This document shows positions 6,671 to 7,509 of a stretch of 7,509 nt of DNA, one piece after another (within the stretch, counting starts at the first letter, position 1; each line of letters begins with the position of its first letter). The stretch is from NCBI RefSeq assembly GCF_006345805.1, contig NW_021828848.1, positions 1 through 7,509 on the forward strand, in the 5' to 3' direction. The notes under the pieces were generated by a model. It was not told the DNA's origin, made no database searches, and was given only the letters and a program-made list of their open reading frames with translations. A program made the position numbers and the translations under genes. This stretch comes from Octopus sinensis. Its lineage: Eukaryota.

Positions 6671-6747
6671 TATTCAGGTCACTGCCTGGAATCGAACTCG
6701 GAATCTTGGTTTGTAGCTCGTGCTCTTAACCACTACGCCATATGCCC
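6671..6747 (-). mobile_element. tRNA-sized SINE / tRNA retropseudogene with (AAT)n tail
   Basis: Minus strand reads GGGCATATGGCGTAGTGGTTAAGAGCACGAGCTACAAACCAAGATTCCGAGTTCGATTCCAGGCAGTGACCTGAATA. A-box TGGCGTAGTGG is at 6730-6740 and B-box GAGTTCGATTCC at 6688-6699. The T and anticodon stems pair poorly, so it is not a functional tRNA. Confidence 0.8.
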
Positions 6748-6786
6748 GAAGGTATATATTTCTCATTTCTTAAATATAGAACTGTA

Positions 6787-6837
<51 letters not shown>
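6787..6837 (+). repeat. (CTAT)n tetranucleotide microsatellite
   Basis: Direct reading. Confidence 0.97.
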
Positions 6838-7116
6838 ACTATTTCTTTCTCATGATATTTTCCTCCTTACCAAACTGTTCAATGACCAGGAAAAAAACAC
6901 GACAATAAATCAAAAGATCAATAGACAATAGGAATTGTTTGGTCACGAAGAATTATTCCACCCGGTTCGCTCCTGTCGGTAACATCTGGTTTATGAAAAC
7001 TATATCTAAGCAGAAATATATGTGTACATATGTATGGATATATGTAGATTTCTGCCAGTATACATTATAAAACATTTATAAAATTTACAATTGTAAGAGA
7101 GAAAAGTCACTTCACT

Positions 7117-7165
7117 CTGTGTGTGTGTGTGTGTGTGTGTGTTGTGTGTGTGTGTGTGTTGTGTT
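7117..7165 (+). repeat. (TG)n microsatellite
   Basis: Direct reading. Confidence 0.96.
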
Positions 7166-7278
7166 TATATGCGAAACTGTGTCCATACGTTTTGTGAAAA
7201 TTTATTCGAGTACACTCACGTTAGGCATAACTACATTTATAAAGTAACTAATGATATGTAAATACTGAACAGAAAAAT

Positions 7279-7403
7279 ATTTATATATATATGTGGGGAG
7301 GGGTGCGTGTGTGCATGTGTGAATATACATTTACATATATATATACATACATAAATATATAAATATATACATAAATGTATGTATGTGTGTCTGCGTGCAT
7401 ATA

Positions 7404-7439
<36 letters not shown>

Positions 7440-7509
7440 TGTATGTATGTATGTATTTATATCTGTATGCGTGTGTATATATATATATGTATGTGTGTGT
7501 GTGTGTGTG
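7279..7509 (+). repeat. Compound (TA)n/(TATG)n/(TG)n array running off the window end
   Basis: Direct reading. Confidence 0.94.

Noticed and set aside
6671-6747. Functional tRNA gene
   Set aside because: A and B boxes are present, but the anticodon and T stems pair poorly and an (AAT)n tail follows instead of a T-run terminator.
1-7509. CRISPR array or prokaryotic defence/operon system
   Set aside because: There are no regularly spaced direct repeats with unique spacers and no gene-dense organisation; the sequence is eukaryotic repeat-rich DNA.

Overview
AT-rich, microsatellite-saturated eukaryotic non-coding DNA (intron or intergenic). It is most likely from a coleoid cephalopod (octopus-like), an inference from the recalled SINE sequences and the ATT/CAT/TA/CA microsatellite density. 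No intact protein-coding gene is supported, and almost all ORFs in the supplied track are translations of simple repeats. The window is a mosaic of decayed mobile elements. It holds (1) a mariner transposase remnant whose N-terminus and HTH/linker region are fused in opposite orientations, (2) a dimeric tRNA-derived SINE, (3) two minus-strand 3' fragments of R4/Dong-clade (restriction-like endonuclease) LINEs, one with an internal junction, (4) two diverged tandem copies of an unclassified ~550-bp element embedded in (ATT)n, (5) a full-length tRNA-derived SINE with a target-site duplication, and (6) a tRNA-sized SINE head. The most notable pattern is that several unrelated elements all terminate in, and share, (AAT)n/(TA)n tracts, consistent with microsatellite-targeted retrotransposition. 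I see no convincing evidence of a novel multi-gene system.
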